Source: a virus (taxonomy: Duplodnaviria > Caudoviricetes). Taken from it: 64,000 nt of DNA. Made by a program: the position numbers and the translations under genes. A model generated the notes under the pieces. The model was given only the letters and a program-made list of their open reading frames with translations, was not told the origin of the DNA and made no database searches. This document shows, piece by piece, positions 19,305-30,083 of the stretch. The DNA is taken from IMG/VR virus record IMGVR_UViG_2537561606_000002, positions 3,904 through 67,903 of that record, one strand, 5' to 3'. The first letter of the stretch is position 1; each line of letters opens with the position of its first letter.

Positions 19305-20756
19305 CTAAAGTCTTACAGGTACGTTTGTAAACACGTGGAATTTTTCAGGAGCTAACTCTTGTAAGACGCTATACCCTTCTACGATTCCAAGCCTTGTTCG
19401 TAAAGCACCACCCGCACCATACGGAAACAGTGTTTTTGTATAGGGTAGAAGTTCGGACAAAATTAGAGTTCTTGTTTCGTCACTGGAAGATTTTGTGTTA
19501 AAGTCCCCCAAAACCATAATCGTGGTTCCTGGAAGATCCTCGTTTAGATCTTGTACGATCGTAACCGCTCCCACTAAATTCCTTTCCACCGTTTTCATAT
19601 ATAGAATCAAGCTGGAGCTTGGAGTAGTCTCCCTAAATATCACATAACGTGTTTCCAGAATACCTCCTACTCCCGGGGTTATACTTAACTCCGCAGCTCC
19701 TCCGTTTGGAATGGATATGTTTTCTACATTGGAAGGACCTGAAAAATGTCTTAAATTCCCAGCACAAACCCGGTAGCTATAATCTCCTACATAGGATCCG
19801 GTGAATAAAGAATTAGGAACGGAAGGAATTACAGTAAGGGTAAAACTAGGTGTAGGAGGAGCTTCCTTATCACTCGTCGGCCCTTCTACACGATTTCCGT
19901 TTTGATCGTAACGCATAGGAACACCCCATTCATGACTATCCATCCAAATATCATCGTCAAATTGTATAAAATTATTTTTGGAATTGGAATCGATCACACC
20001 ATATACGTTATTCGACAAGGAAACGTTTCCAGGTGAATAACTGTTATTTTGAACCACCATTCCGGAACCGCTACGATCAAATGTTTGATCGTATAAGGCT
20101 TTGGTAGAAGGGTGCATTTTTGCATAATTCGTAAGTCCAAAATATCTGGTACGAATTCTAGACGTAATATATTTCATTTGATCGATTGAAGGTAATGAAC
20201 CCCTACAATCCGTATAAAATTCATTCCCTAAATTTTTGGCATGGGTTTTAAAACCGTCTTGTTCGTTTCTATTGTGTTTTTTATTCCCGAACCAAAATCG
20301 TCGCATTTGGTTTTCCATTGCTCTTTTTAAAGCTGCATTTGACTGTATCAGTTCCGGATCTTGTATATTCTGTACAGTATCGACCACCCTGTTAAAAGAA
20401 AATCCTTCCGCGCTATAGTTCACCTCGCTATATATTCGTTCCATCTGTGCGTCTGTGAATGTGGGTTCGTCGGATTGTCCGATATTCGAAGTATGAAACC
20501 ATCCACCACCATGAGATTTGTACCGGTTATATTCCGCTATGGTTTGAGTAATTTGTCGTCTTGGTACTTCGTTAAAAAATTTAAAATCCTTATCCGTGGA
20601 GGCAAGTGCCACAAAAACCTTATCCAAAGATTGCATGGATAATGTGGCACCCGATGAGTTAAAATCTACAAACGGAGAAGCTCCATTCAAAGCCGTGTTT
20701 GCCTGAAATCCTTTTTGAATTTCCACTAACTGTTCTAATGTATAGGGTCCTGTCAT
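19305..20756 (-). CDS. Major capsid protein (SPO1/Twort-like)
   Basis: IQKGF...GATLSMQSLD, AEYNRY, FWFGN, EQDG and DCRG motifs; follows protease and scaffold. Confidence 0.88.
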   Translation of the reverse strand: MTGPYTLEQLVEIQKGFQANTALNGASPFVDFNSSGATLSMQSLDKVFVALASTDKDFKFFNEVPRRQITQTIAEYNRYKSHGGGWFHTSNIGQSDEPTFTDAQMERIYSEVNYSAEGFSFNRVVDTVQNIQDPELIQSNAALKRAMENQMRRFWFGNKKHNRNEQDGFKTHAKNLGNEFYTDCRGSLPSIDQMKYITSRIRTRYFGLTNYAKMHPSTKALYDQTFDRSGSGMVVQNNSYSPGNVSLSNNVYGVIDSNSKNNFIQFDDDIWMDSHEWGVPMRYDQNGNRVEGPTSDKEAPPTPSFTLTVIPSVPNSLFTGSYVGDYSYRVCAGNLRHFSGPSNVENISIPNGGAAELSITPGVGGILETRYVIFRETTPSSSLILYMKTVERNLVGAVTIVQDLNEDLPGTTIMVLGDFNTKSSSDETRTLILSELLPYTKTLFPYGAGGALRTRLGIVEGYSVLQELAPEKFHVFTNVPVRL

Positions 20757-21451
20757 ATTTGATTTTCCTTATATTCTTCGTTACAGAATTTTTGAACTCT
20801 TTCGGATAGTTTGTGTGTGGATTCAAAAAAAGAAAGATCCTCGATCCGGCATTTTCCTTGTTTAATTAGCTCAATGATTCTGTTCGAAATTTTGTCTTTA
20901 TCTAAGTGGCTTATCACACCGTTTAGATTCGATTTTTGAATCTGAGTCGTAACAGGATTTTTTGTTTCGTTTTTTTCTTTGGATAAATTTCCGATTTGGG
21001 ATTTTAAGGTTAAAATTTCCGTTTTTAGATTCGTATTCTCTTCTGATTTTTCCAAAAGATAGGAAATCGCTTCGGCAAGCGTTTCTTGACCTGCTTTAAG
21101 GATTTCGAATGTGTTTTTAACCTCTTCAAAAAATAGTTCTGATTTTTGAATTTTTTCTTCTAATTCTTTCTCTTTTTTTTCTTTGGATTTGGTTTCTTCC
21201 TCCGAATTCTCAAAATAAGAATTTACGGTATCTCCCGCAAATACAGTAGCTTCGGCCTCCTCCAAACCTTGAGAAAGTGCCCAAATTTCTATTTTTTCCT
21301 TTTCCGGTAAAAGACTCCCCGCTTCTAAAAGTTTTGTCACCTCACCGTTTAATTTTTCCAGATCCGGTTTTGTATCTTGAATATTCGATTTTGATATATT
21401 CGTATTCTCAGATACTTTTTCTTTGAGTCGTAAAATTGCGCTTTTAAGCAT
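20753..21451 (-). CDS. Capsid scaffolding protein
   Basis: Charged coiled coil between protease and capsid with many [ILV]xKS motifs. Confidence 0.7.
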   Translation of the reverse strand: MLKSAILRLKEKVSENTNISKSNIQDTKPDLEKLNGEVTKLLEAGSLLPEKEKIEIWALSQGLEEAEATVFAGDTVNSYFENSEEETKSKEKKEKELEEKIQKSELFFEEVKNTFEILKAGQETLAEAISYLLEKSEENTNLKTEILTLKSQIGNLSKEKNETKNPVTTQIQKSNLNGVISHLDKDKISNRIIELIKQGKCRIEDLSFFESTHKLSERVQKFCNEEYKENQI

Positions 21452-22379
21452 ATTTTTCCCCGTTCAGTTTTAAAAACAATAGATCCGATAACGTCTCTAA
21501 TTCCTCTCCTTCTAAGTGATATTCCTCAGAAAGTACGGATTTAAGGACAATCGATCCTAGATTCATTTCCTTATTTTTAAACCGATTTGAGATATCGGAG
21601 AAGATGGTTTTTAAAAATCGCTCTTGTAGTGTCGGGTCTAGTTCTATGATTTTAGTAAAAAACTGAAGTTTTTTTTCCACTCTTTGAATTCTTTCCACTA
21701 ATTCTTTCTCTTCTTTTAGGATTTGATTTCGGTTTTTATACCCTTCCTGATTTGAATCCATTTCTTTATCTATGTCTTTTAAAAATACCGCACCTTTTAA
21801 AAGTTGTACTGACGTATTCGGGTTATACACTTCTTGTATGGGTGCAATCGCACATTTTTTAAGTTTGATTTTACGGATTTTATTTCCTTGTTTGTCGATG
21901 GGTCTTGCGTATCCGGATACGGATGCACCCCATCCGTGAAATCCTGCTTGTAGTCCTTTTCTAATTTCTTCGGCGAATTTATTTTCCGGAAATAAATTTC
22001 CCAGGATATACAATCCTTCGTCTGAAATTTTTAAATTTGCGGGAAAATCGTCCTTGTATCCGATCTGTACGGCTCCCCCTATGATCGATTCTATTTTAGA
22101 TTTTTGTAATTCGACTAAATGAGACGCGGTCAGTCTATTTTGGGATCTGAGTTCTGTGATTTCCTTGTCGATTATATCCGTTAAATGGTTATAATCAAAA
22201 TAACCCTCGTTTAAGAACTCCTTACGCATCAAAGGGTCTTGGTATGCGGATTTGAGGATAATTTCGCCTTGTTTGTCTTCTTCTTCCGTGGACGCTTTGA
22301 CTAAAATTTTAATCGTGCCGCTTCTTTCTTCGGGACTTGCTTTTAAGATTTGAAAAGGATGTAAAAATACTGTCTCCAT
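21444..22379 (-). CDS. Prohead protease
   Basis: ASTEEEDKQGEII, DYNH, GASVSG and AIAP..VYNPNT herpes/HK97-type protease motifs. Confidence 0.85.
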   Translation of the reverse strand: METVFLHPFQILKASPEERSGTIKILVKASTEEEDKQGEIILKSAYQDPLMRKEFLNEGYFDYNHLTDIIDKEITELRSQNRLTASHLVELQKSKIESIIGGAVQIGYKDDFPANLKISDEGLYILGNLFPENKFAEEIRKGLQAGFHGWGASVSGYARPIDKQGNKIRKIKLKKCAIAPIQEVYNPNTSVQLLKGAVFLKDIDKEMDSNQEGYKNRNQILKEEKELVERIQRVEKKLQFFTKIIELDPTLQERFLKTIFSDISNRFKNKEMNLGSIVLKSVLSEEYHLEGEELETLSDLLFLKLNGEKYA

Positions 22380-22430
22380 AAAGAAGACTTTAAACGGTTT
22401 AAAATCGTATCGGAAAAAAAAGACTTACTT

Positions 22431-22691
22431 TTATCTATATTCACCCAGTAAAAAACGAAATAATACCTTAAAATAACTACACTGATAAATAATTAAAAAA
22501 TAACCGGCAGGATGGATTTTTAAACTTTTAATCACTCTTGCAGTAAAACCCATTAAAAACCAGTTCCCGGAAAGATAATAACCTTTTACGGGTAAACCCA
22601 TGTAGAACAGGTTATATATTACACCTTCCTCTATTTTTAATTCAGGGTCCATAATATATTTTAAGACGTCTGGAACTTTTATTTTTTTCAA
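22431..22691 (-). CDS. Hypothetical protein
   Basis: ORF of 86 aa with CCGATA 34 nt upstream. Confidence 0.4.
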   Translation of the reverse strand: MKKIKVPDVLKYIMDPELKIEEGVIYNLFYMGLPVKGYYLSGNWFLMGFTARVIKSLKIHPAGYFLIIYQCSYFKVLFRFLLGEYR

Positions 22692-22886
22692 AGTTTTGTT
22701 TCAATTATGAATCATGTCCCTTTTTTATCGGATGAATTTTTAAATCAGATTTATTTTCTATTTGAATGTATGACTTACTTTCAAAAAGCTTGTTATACTC
22801 AATTAATTCCATTTTAATTAGTAGGGTTATCGAATAACTTCTACTGTAGTTTTTGGATTTTTATAGTCCGAAAACCTTTTTTTGTT

Positions 22887-23276
22887 TTAAAAAGAAGTGA
22901 TTAAATACGCCTTTAATCTTCCTTTTATAGTATCTTTTGGATTCCAGTAGACTTTTGCTTGAGTCGCCGTATTTACACGATCATAACATTCCACTAAATA
23001 TATTCCTTCCATCGAAAAGTCCAAACTGGAAGTATCTAACCAAATATCAGGTGATATCGTATTTCCGATCGTTAGAATGGGTAATTCGTTAAAAGCTTTA
23101 TCCACTTTTACGATCAACTTGTTTACAATCGTTCCTATCGGTAATATTTCGCCTAGGTTGTAACTTCCGAGTGGGCTTGAAAAATCCAATTCCACCACTT
23201 GTGAGATTTTTAGACTTTTTTCCTGACTTTCCGTTAAAATTTCATCCGACGAAAACGGACCTAAAAAAGCGGGCAT
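22887..23276 (-). CDS. Virion beta-sandwich protein (decoration/fibre-associated)
   Basis: LPIGTIVNKLIVKVDKAFN..LTIG motif. Start ATG 23276 is favoured by the 27-nt spacing from CCGATA. Confidence 0.55.
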   Translation of the reverse strand: MPAFLGPFSSDEILTESQEKSLKISQVVELDFSSPLGSYNLGEILPIGTIVNKLIVKVDKAFNELPILTIGNTISPDIWLDTSSLDFSMEGIYLVECYDRVNTATQAKVYWNPKDTIKGRLKAYLITSF

Positions 23277-23321
23277 ACTTGTCAATATAGCAAAATTGGA
23301 ATGTATCGGTTTTCTTTTTTA

Positions 23322-24875
23322 CTATCTCTTAATTTCGGATTTAAAGTCTAAATTCGGTCCCCATTTAAAGGAAATTGTCGTATTCGCACGCGCTTGACCT
23401 GGGCTAAACTCATCCACTACGTCCGTTATATATCCAAATTTACAGATTTCATTCGTATTGAATGGATATTTTTTTAGAGGATCAATATCGATCTGAAAAG
23501 GGATTCCCGGTCTTATGGGTATAAACGGAATTTCAAAACTTCCGTTTGTGATTTTTAATTCCTCTAAATCACAAAATATAGAAAATAATAAATCCCGAAT
23601 GCTAGAAAGTTCCGTTTTATAATTCTCTTTACTCGATTGTCTTAGATTTTCCTCTCTAAAAATAAGACCCGGGATTTTTACGTGTAAAAACTTTGGTCCA
23701 AAAATCGACCGGATCCTATCCTCATACTTAGGTTCTGAAAGCACAGTCCCAAAGGTTTGAAACGTGTTTTGAATCACATGTACACCCGACACTATATTTT
23801 CCTCATTTTCCTCGATTCTATAATTTTGAATATCCTCTAAATCGAAACTATAAACCGCATCTATCCTAGAACTTTCTAAGTCCCTGTATTTACCGTCTGT
23901 TCCAAACATATAAAATGGAGTAGGTCGAAATATCACTTTGGATTCCTTATTTCCAACGTCATAGGTTTCGAGTCGATTGGATCCGATTTCCCCAAAACTT
24001 ATTCCCTGTCCGAATACTCCCTCTATATCAAAAGTCTCTAATGGATCTACAAATAGTTCATAAAGTGGCTCACAAAGATAGGACCTTAGTATCTCCCAAA
24101 AGTTTACATACTGACCGACTGTAAAACTGGACAATACTTGAGACTCGTATACGAACTGTTCCGTGTATGCCCTTCTCGGTAATAGTATGGAAAGTAAGGC
24201 GTTCGGATCGTTTTCAGTTGTAGTCGGTTTTAAGACGTTATGATCACAATATCTTGAAACGTTTAATAGATTACAAAAAAATTCATCCCAAAAGTTTTTA
24301 ATTAAATCACTAAGTTGTCCCTGTAAAAACACTTTTGTTGCACTCGTTATCACTCCTGCATAAGTACTTTGTGTTCTAGTTCCGGGTCTTCCTTGGGTTC
24401 GTTGGTAGTCTATAAAAAAATCTGTGTCTGTTAGGATCGTTTCTAGACTCGTTATATGTACGGATTTAAAAGAATTCGCTTCTGGTGAAAAATCTTTTGT
24501 GATTGTCTTAATTTTACCGGAATTGAGTTTTTTAAATCCGTTTGATTTTGATTTACCGTTTGAATTGTCGTAATAGAGTAAAACGATACTTCTGACTCGA
24601 AATATCTCCTGAAAACTTTTAGTTTCAAACGTTTTCATTTCCGAAATTGGAAGTGACTCGTCTTCCCCCACCTGTACGATATATTTTTCTTGCCAGGGAA
24701 TTGTAAGTGTGATTCCACCTCTTCCAGGACTTAAAGATCTTTGTGACCGTATATGAGTCACATATTCCACCGGAAAAAAAAGATTTTCAGAGGAACCGGG
24801 AAGCCTGATTTCTATCGAAAACCGTTTAGGTGGAATGGAAATATCGGTTCTTTTGGATATTGATAATTTCTCCAT
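23322..24875 (-). CDS. Baseplate hub protein (gp27-like)
   Basis: Adjacent to the spike; EPLYELFVD, IFRPTPF and IRPG motifs. Confidence 0.7.
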   Translation of the reverse strand: MEKLSISKRTDISIPPKRFSIEIRLPGSSENLFFPVEYVTHIRSQRSLSPGRGGITLTIPWQEKYIVQVGEDESLPISEMKTFETKSFQEIFRVRSIVLLYYDNSNGKSKSNGFKKLNSGKIKTITKDFSPEANSFKSVHITSLETILTDTDFFIDYQRTQGRPGTRTQSTYAGVITSATKVFLQGQLSDLIKNFWDEFFCNLLNVSRYCDHNVLKPTTTENDPNALLSILLPRRAYTEQFVYESQVLSSFTVGQYVNFWEILRSYLCEPLYELFVDPLETFDIEGVFGQGISFGEIGSNRLETYDVGNKESKVIFRPTPFYMFGTDGKYRDLESSRIDAVYSFDLEDIQNYRIEENEENIVSGVHVIQNTFQTFGTVLSEPKYEDRIRSIFGPKFLHVKIPGLIFREENLRQSSKENYKTELSSIRDLLFSIFCDLEELKITNGSFEIPFIPIRPGIPFQIDIDPLKKYPFNTNEICKFGYITDVVDEFSPGQARANTTISFKWGPNLDFKSEIKR

Positions 24876-24898
24876 AATATAAATAGAATATAGTTATG

Positions 24899-25582
24899 TT
24901 ATATCGGAGGGGAAGTTTTAGAAGGTGGTAAGGGCCCTGGGTTATATCCGTGACCGTGTTCGTTAAATGATTTTTTATTGGAGATGATATCTTTTTCAGA
25001 CTCGATTAAACCACTAGATTTTATATCCCCATCGACTTCTAAACTTCCGGTAATTTTGGTATTTGCGGTTATTTCTAAATCGTTTAGATTAATCTTTGCT
25101 TTTGAGTTTAAAAAATCGATTTCAAGAATTACTGTCTGGTCCTGGTCATACACCTCTATCTTATTTGTGGTTTGTCTGGTTAAATAACCGGATTCATGAA
25201 AATCGATTATATCTTTTTCAGGATTCAAAAAAGGATATTTTCTAGAAAACTCGTTTAGGTTTAATAAATCGGAATCTTTGGTCGGAAAAGGAAATACTTT
25301 CGTAACTACGGGACTACGATACGAACCTCCTATAAACTCGATTAAAACGAGTTGATTTTTTTTGATCCCATAAGCCCTACCGTGCGCTTTTCCATCCGGA
25401 TATAAAAAGGGACCTAACGTTCTTACCTTTAAAAAGATTTCTCCGAAAGTGGTGAGTACGTTCACACGAAAACGAGGAAGTACTTCGGTAACGGTTGCAA
25501 ACATACTAGGTGTAATTTTTGAATCCTTAGAATGCGGTTTTTGTTCAAACTCAAATGTGTCGTTTGTAAAGTTTCCCCTCAT
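24899..25582 (-). CDS. Central baseplate spike (gpV/gp45-like)
   Basis: N-terminal OB-fold (QLVLIEFIGG..SPVV), beta-helix, C-terminal HGH metal-binding apex. Confidence 0.85.
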   Translation of the reverse strand: MRGNFTNDTFEFEQKPHSKDSKITPSMFATVTEVLPRFRVNVLTTFGEIFLKVRTLGPFLYPDGKAHGRAYGIKKNQLVLIEFIGGSYRSPVVTKVFPFPTKDSDLLNLNEFSRKYPFLNPEKDIIDFHESGYLTRQTTNKIEVYDQDQTVILEIDFLNSKAKINLNDLEITANTKITGSLEVDGDIKSSGLIESEKDIISNKKSFNEHGHGYNPGPLPPSKTSPPI

Positions 25583-27462
25583 ACGGATAGTATATAACTA
25601 GTTCCGGTTATCGACTCTATCTTTATGTTAAAATAATACGTATCCTTTTCCTGTAGAGTATTCAAAAAATTAACCGTTTTTACCCTAGGGTCTGATCTGA
25701 ATTGACTTAATATATTTTGAATGTGTTTATTTTTTAACATTTCGTCTAAAATTTCCCCCGGTAAAATCGGATTACCTAACGTTTTATCCGAAAGATAAGA
25801 ACCTTCCACCATGTCGATTATATCTAACTTTTCGTTGACTAACGCCTCATCCCCCATAACCAAAGCGAGATCTCCAGTAGGTGAGATTTCAATTCCCCTA
25901 TTTTCGTTTAATTTTAGGTCACACCCGATAATTGCGATTTCTAAATCTTTCGGATTCGGGTTATCGGGTAAGGGAGTATATATATTCGTATTTTTTCCGT
26001 AGGGAATTTTAATCGCCCTTTTGTCTAAATTTACAGTATCCCTACTCATATTAAATCTTGCTAATGCTTGACCTAAGTTTTTATCTCCTAATGTTTTTTC
26101 AGCTACGTTTTCCCAGCTATCACCTGGACTTACTTGATAGATTTTATATTCGTTGTCTATGGATGAAGTATTCAAAAAGGCTTTGATTTCTGTTAAAATC
26201 TCTTGAATTGTAATCGTATATCTATACACGTCGTTATCGATCCAATCGCTTAGATCCGCGTTGGGCTGTAAGGACATCGCCTCGATGGATCCGGAAGAAT
26301 CCACAGGGATTAAAACTTGTGCAATTAAACGAGTTAAGGAATTGGAATCATTGATTGCAGTATCTAGGTTTTGTCTAAATTCAGCCTCATGACTTGCGGA
26401 TTTTTTAGAAGTAATCTCTATTTTCTCCAAAATTTCGTCTTCGCTGAGTCCCCTTTTTTTGGTTTTGATTCCTAATTCGTTTTTAGCGTTTTCGAATGTT
26501 TTTCTTGCTAGTTTACCTTGTGTATTAAATTGATCCTTCATCCGCGGCCAGGACGTCAGTACCCTTTTTGTAGAACTGGCAAATACTTGTACTCCGTTTG
26601 CAACTCCTAGTAAGGCACCTGATAGTTTTAGAGGTAGGTTGACTATATTTTCCAGCTCGTTCATAAGCCCGGATATGGTTCTAAAAACGTTAAAATTGGA
26701 TCTTACCGATTTACTTGTGATTTGTGTTTCTAGTTCTTTTACGGTTACAAGGGTAAGAGAATACTTGTAAGTATTTGTATCGGAAACGGATCTTGAAATC
26801 GTAAATCCGTTATTTGGTATGACTACCTCTACGATTCTATTCCTGTCGTAATCTCGAAACACTAAAGCATGCGTTCTAAAACTGAATCTTTTTTCATAAA
26901 ATAGGGAAACGATTTTAGAAGCTTGGGAATCGTTTGAAGTATATTCTACCCTTTCTAAACTTTTACTATAATGGAGTAAAAACATAAAGTCCTGGAATTC
27001 CTGTAGACCCGATCGAAAGTCTCCCCCTCCAAAACTCAAATAACTGCTTCTTAATTTGTTATAATAACTTGTAAGCTGATTTTTAACGATACTTTTAGCG
27101 GCTGTAAATGCGGACTGTACAAATCCAGATCCTCCCGAAATAGAACTACTCGGTTTTGAGGGGAGTCCTAAATGGTAGATATGAAATTCACCCTCTAGTT
27201 TTATTTCGTGGTTATCGGGTCCGTAGTCTATGACTACACTCGAACCGAACGTTTTAGAAATACTGGTTCTATACTTAAAATTTTCAGTATATGTTAGGGG
27301 TCCGTTTACAAAAAAATATTCGTTACTCTCGATTGTATTTAGGTTATAGTCTCCGTTTTTTTCTTTTTCATAAAAGGCAAACGAGAATACGTTTTGAGGC
27401 TCATACGAATTGAGTCCTAAAAGTGTATTTACACCCGATTGAGCAAGATCCGTGATTCCCAC
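25579..27462 (-). CDS. Baseplate protein: tube-initiator-like region + LysM + gp25-like domain
   Basis: LysM YQVSPGDSWENVA..LG; C-terminal GDLALVMG...SDPRV gp25-like motif. Confidence 0.7.
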   Translation of the reverse strand: MGITDLAQSGVNTLLGLNSYEPQNVFSFAFYEKEKNGDYNLNTIESNEYFFVNGPLTYTENFKYRTSISKTFGSSVVIDYGPDNHEIKLEGEFHIYHLGLPSKPSSSISGGSGFVQSAFTAAKSIVKNQLTSYYNKLRSSYLSFGGGDFRSGLQEFQDFMFLLHYSKSLERVEYTSNDSQASKIVSLFYEKRFSFRTHALVFRDYDRNRIVEVVIPNNGFTISRSVSDTNTYKYSLTLVTVKELETQITSKSVRSNFNVFRTISGLMNELENIVNLPLKLSGALLGVANGVQVFASSTKRVLTSWPRMKDQFNTQGKLARKTFENAKNELGIKTKKRGLSEDEILEKIEITSKKSASHEAEFRQNLDTAINDSNSLTRLIAQVLIPVDSSGSIEAMSLQPNADLSDWIDNDVYRYTITIQEILTEIKAFLNTSSIDNEYKIYQVSPGDSWENVAEKTLGDKNLGQALARFNMSRDTVNLDKRAIKIPYGKNTNIYTPLPDNPNPKDLEIAIIGCDLKLNENRGIEISPTGDLALVMGDEALVNEKLDIIDMVEGSYLSDKTLGNPILPGEILDEMLKNKHIQNILSQFRSDPRVKTVNFLNTLQEKDTYYFNIKIESITGTSYILSV

Positions 27463-27490
27463 TTTTTCTATATTGTATGTAAATTGTCTT

Positions 27491-27509
27491 TATCGGGAAT
27501 TTCCCGATA
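27491..27509. promoter_or_regulatory. Back-to-back CCGATA elements driving divergent baseplate operons
   Basis: Palindrome TATCGGGAATTTCCCGATA, 28 nt from the start at 27462(-) and 30 nt from the start at 27540(+). Confidence 0.7.
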
Positions 27510-27539
27510 ATTGTTTTTTGAATATACATTCAAAAGTTA

Positions 27540-28730
27540 GTGGCCCTACCTTACATTCCCAAAACGGAAACAGAATACAGACTAGCAATTCAAAACTATC
27601 TAATCGCTTCAGGTTCCAGGCTTTCTAATTTTAATCCGGGTTCTCGTATATATACCTGGATCTGTGCGATTGCAAGCGTCTTAGCAGAAGGAGATTTAAG
27701 AACCTTAAACGGATTTGATTATTCGATCCGGGAAGGAATATACAACGCATTAGGTTTTAATAGACTTCCCGGTCTAAAATCAATCGGTATCGTTCGAATA
27801 GAATATAAAGACCACTTAGAAAATATAGAAATTCCTATTTTCACTCTAGACCTTTTTGGTCTTTTATTTGAATCCATATCCCCCGTTACTCTTTTAGTCG
27901 GACAAGAATATTTAGAAATCGAGATTAGGGCCAAAGAACCTGGCACAGACTACAATATTCGTAGACTATCCATCAATACGGAAGAGGGATTAGGTTCTTT
28001 AAATATTCAACTGCCTACAAATACTAGGGTTTGGAATCCGAGTGATTTTACGGGAGGTAGCAACAAAGAGACCGAAGAAAGTAGACTTAAAAGATTTAGA
28101 AATTTTATCATTTCTCTGGGTAGATCCACTCCACTCGGTATCTATACGGCCGTGATTTCGATTCCTGGGATTGCGGGCGCTCAAATCACGACGAATAAAA
28201 ATCCGTATTCCGGTACTCTTGAATTTGGTTGGATCAATATTTATGTATCCGATGGTACCTCAAACCCACCCCAAAGTCTTTTGAACTTGGTTTTAAAAAC
28301 CATCGAAGGGGACTTAAACGATCCTGATAATTTTCCTGGCTATTCAGCAGCCGGTACTTGGGTAAACGTTTTTAAAATTCCAGTTCTTGGAATTACAGTT
28401 CGTTTTCGTCTGGAGGTTTTAAATATCTCTCAAGTTTCCTTAGAGGAAGCGAGTACAATCGCAACGAATGCACTTACCTCCTATTTAAATACTCTTTCCA
28501 TCGGTTTTGACGTTTTACTCAAACAAGTTGAGGCGACGATTCTAAAAAGCCATTCCGATTTTTATAAAGTAACGATCCTAGAATTCTACGGTAAACTTGC
28601 AAATCAACCAGTCCCAAACCCGATTCCGTTTCCCAGTGACATTTCGGTTCCTCCTACCTATCTTCCCCGTACGGGAGGATCTTCCCTAGGTGTAATTACA
28701 TGCGAAGTTTCTAAAGTAGATTCGTTATGA
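27540..28730 (+). CDS. Baseplate J-like wedge protein
   Basis: NFNPGS, PGTDYN, GGSNKETEESRLKRF and GWINIYVSDG motifs. Confidence 0.9.
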   Translation: MALPYIPKTETEYRLAIQNYLIASGSRLSNFNPGSRIYTWICAIASVLAEGDLRTLNGFDYSIREGIYNALGFNRLPGLKSIGIVRIEYKDHLENIEIPIFTLDLFGLLFESISPVTLLVGQEYLEIEIRAKEPGTDYNIRRLSINTEEGLGSLNIQLPTNTRVWNPSDFTGGSNKETEESRLKRFRNFIISLGRSTPLGIYTAVISIPGIAGAQITTNKNPYSGTLEFGWINIYVSDGTSNPPQSLLNLVLKTIEGDLNDPDNFPGYSAAGTWVNVFKIPVLGITVRFRLEVLNISQVSLEEASTIATNALTSYLNTLSIGFDVLLKQVEATILKSHSDFYKVTILEFYGKLANQPVPNPIPFPSDISVPPTYLPRTGGSSLGVITCEVSKVDSL

Positions 28731-29320
28731 ATAAATTACTCGATAAGCTACCTCAGTTTAATCCGACGGACCCAACCTTTCAAAGTCTTTGGGGAAATCT
28801 AGATAGACCCGAACTTTCCCCCGTTACGAATATCAACGATATAAACAAAGGTGCCCTCTATAACAGTGTGGAATGGCATTTATCCTTTCAGGAGCTTACT
28901 TCTAAGTGTTCCACTCTCACACAATCGGAGGGGCGTTTTTTGACCAAATGGGCAAACCTTTTAGGAATCGAAAGACCGACCGGAATGAACGATCCCGAAT
29001 TTGTGGGATATATCCTAGGTTATGTGTTATCAAACGAACCTACTCTTACAAAAATCTCTCAAATTTTCCAAAGACCCGATTATGCGGTTTTAAGGTGTAA
29101 CGAACTTGGATTTACAAGCGACGTTTCCGCAACCGATACGGGTCTTTTTCTTCCGGGTCCTAACACAAAAGCGGTCTCAAGTATCGTAACCCCTCTATTA
29201 GGAGTTAGTTATATACTCGTAGAGGATTTCTCATCCATTTCCAACGTTCAAATCACGGAACTTAATCGTATCTTAGCGGCGGGTACTGCCGTATACATAG
29301 GGGCTAAAAATGCAGACTGA
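28727..29320 (+). CDS. Baseplate wedge protein (gp7/P2 I-like)
   Basis: EGRFLTKWANLLGIER..MNDPEF and ILAAGT motifs; follows baseplate J. Confidence 0.7.
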   Translation: MNKLLDKLPQFNPTDPTFQSLWGNLDRPELSPVTNINDINKGALYNSVEWHLSFQELTSKCSTLTQSEGRFLTKWANLLGIERPTGMNDPEFVGYILGYVLSNEPTLTKISQIFQRPDYAVLRCNELGFTSDVSATDTGLFLPGPNTKAVSSIVTPLLGVSYILVEDFSSISNVQITELNRILAAGTAVYIGAKNAD

Positions 29321-30083
29321 AATTTCACTGACCAGTAACGAAATAAAAACATACTACCAAAACGTATTCCAAAAGATCAGTGCCGATGACATAAACAGGC
29401 TTTCAGGAGCTTTGGGTGACGATTCCTATGTTCGAATTCTTTTAACTTCGATCCTTTATAGTATCGGTAGAAATACCGACACTGCTATCGGTTTTCAGGT
29501 AAGATTACAAAATCAAAATACGATTTCAGTCGATAACGGTATTTTCATAAAATCGGATTCTGTTTATATTTTTCCGGAAATCTCCCTTACTCCGAACCCG
29601 AATTCGGTTGTAGGTATTTTTGAATTGGAATTTGAATCCGTTTTGACGGATGAAAAGTCCGTCGCCGTTTTTAACTCTCAAACGGAAAGATTTCAGCCAC
29701 AACCAAAACCCACTCGTAAAACGTATAGAACCCGTCTTTATGAGCAATGGTTAAATACGAACGGTAATCCTTTAATCACTCAAAATAGAATCGGTCTTTT
29801 AAGATATACGAGAAACGGTGGAAATATTACAAATCTTGTAAGAACTCTTCCCGTATATGATCCGAAACTTGTAGGCGTAGACGTCGTTTTAAATCCGAAC
29901 ATATTAGATAACACTTCCTTATCCAGTGCTATAAACTGGCTTTATAATTATATAGAATCCAAAAACTTCATTAAAACCACTCCTTCACCCGGATTTGATA
30001 ACGCTAATTTTAGGATCAGGACTCAAGGAAATTTTGCGTATTGGAGTAAGGACGAGGGAGCAAACTGGCTCCCTTTCGCATAA
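29310..30083 (+). CDS. Tail fibre attachment/baseplate-associated protein (short form, 257 aa)
   Basis: Follows the wedge genes; ends in Asp-box-like WSKDEGANW and the slippery site. Confidence 0.65.
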   Translation: MQTEISLTSNEIKTYYQNVFQKISADDINRLSGALGDDSYVRILLTSILYSIGRNTDTAIGFQVRLQNQNTISVDNGIFIKSDSVYIFPEISLTPNPNSVVGIFELEFESVLTDEKSVAVFNSQTERFQPQPKPTRKTYRTRLYEQWLNTNGNPLITQNRIGLLRYTRNGGNITNLVRTLPVYDPKLVGVDVVLNPNILDNTSLSSAINWLYNYIESKNFIKTTPSPGFDNANFRIRTQGNFAYWSKDEGANWLPFA

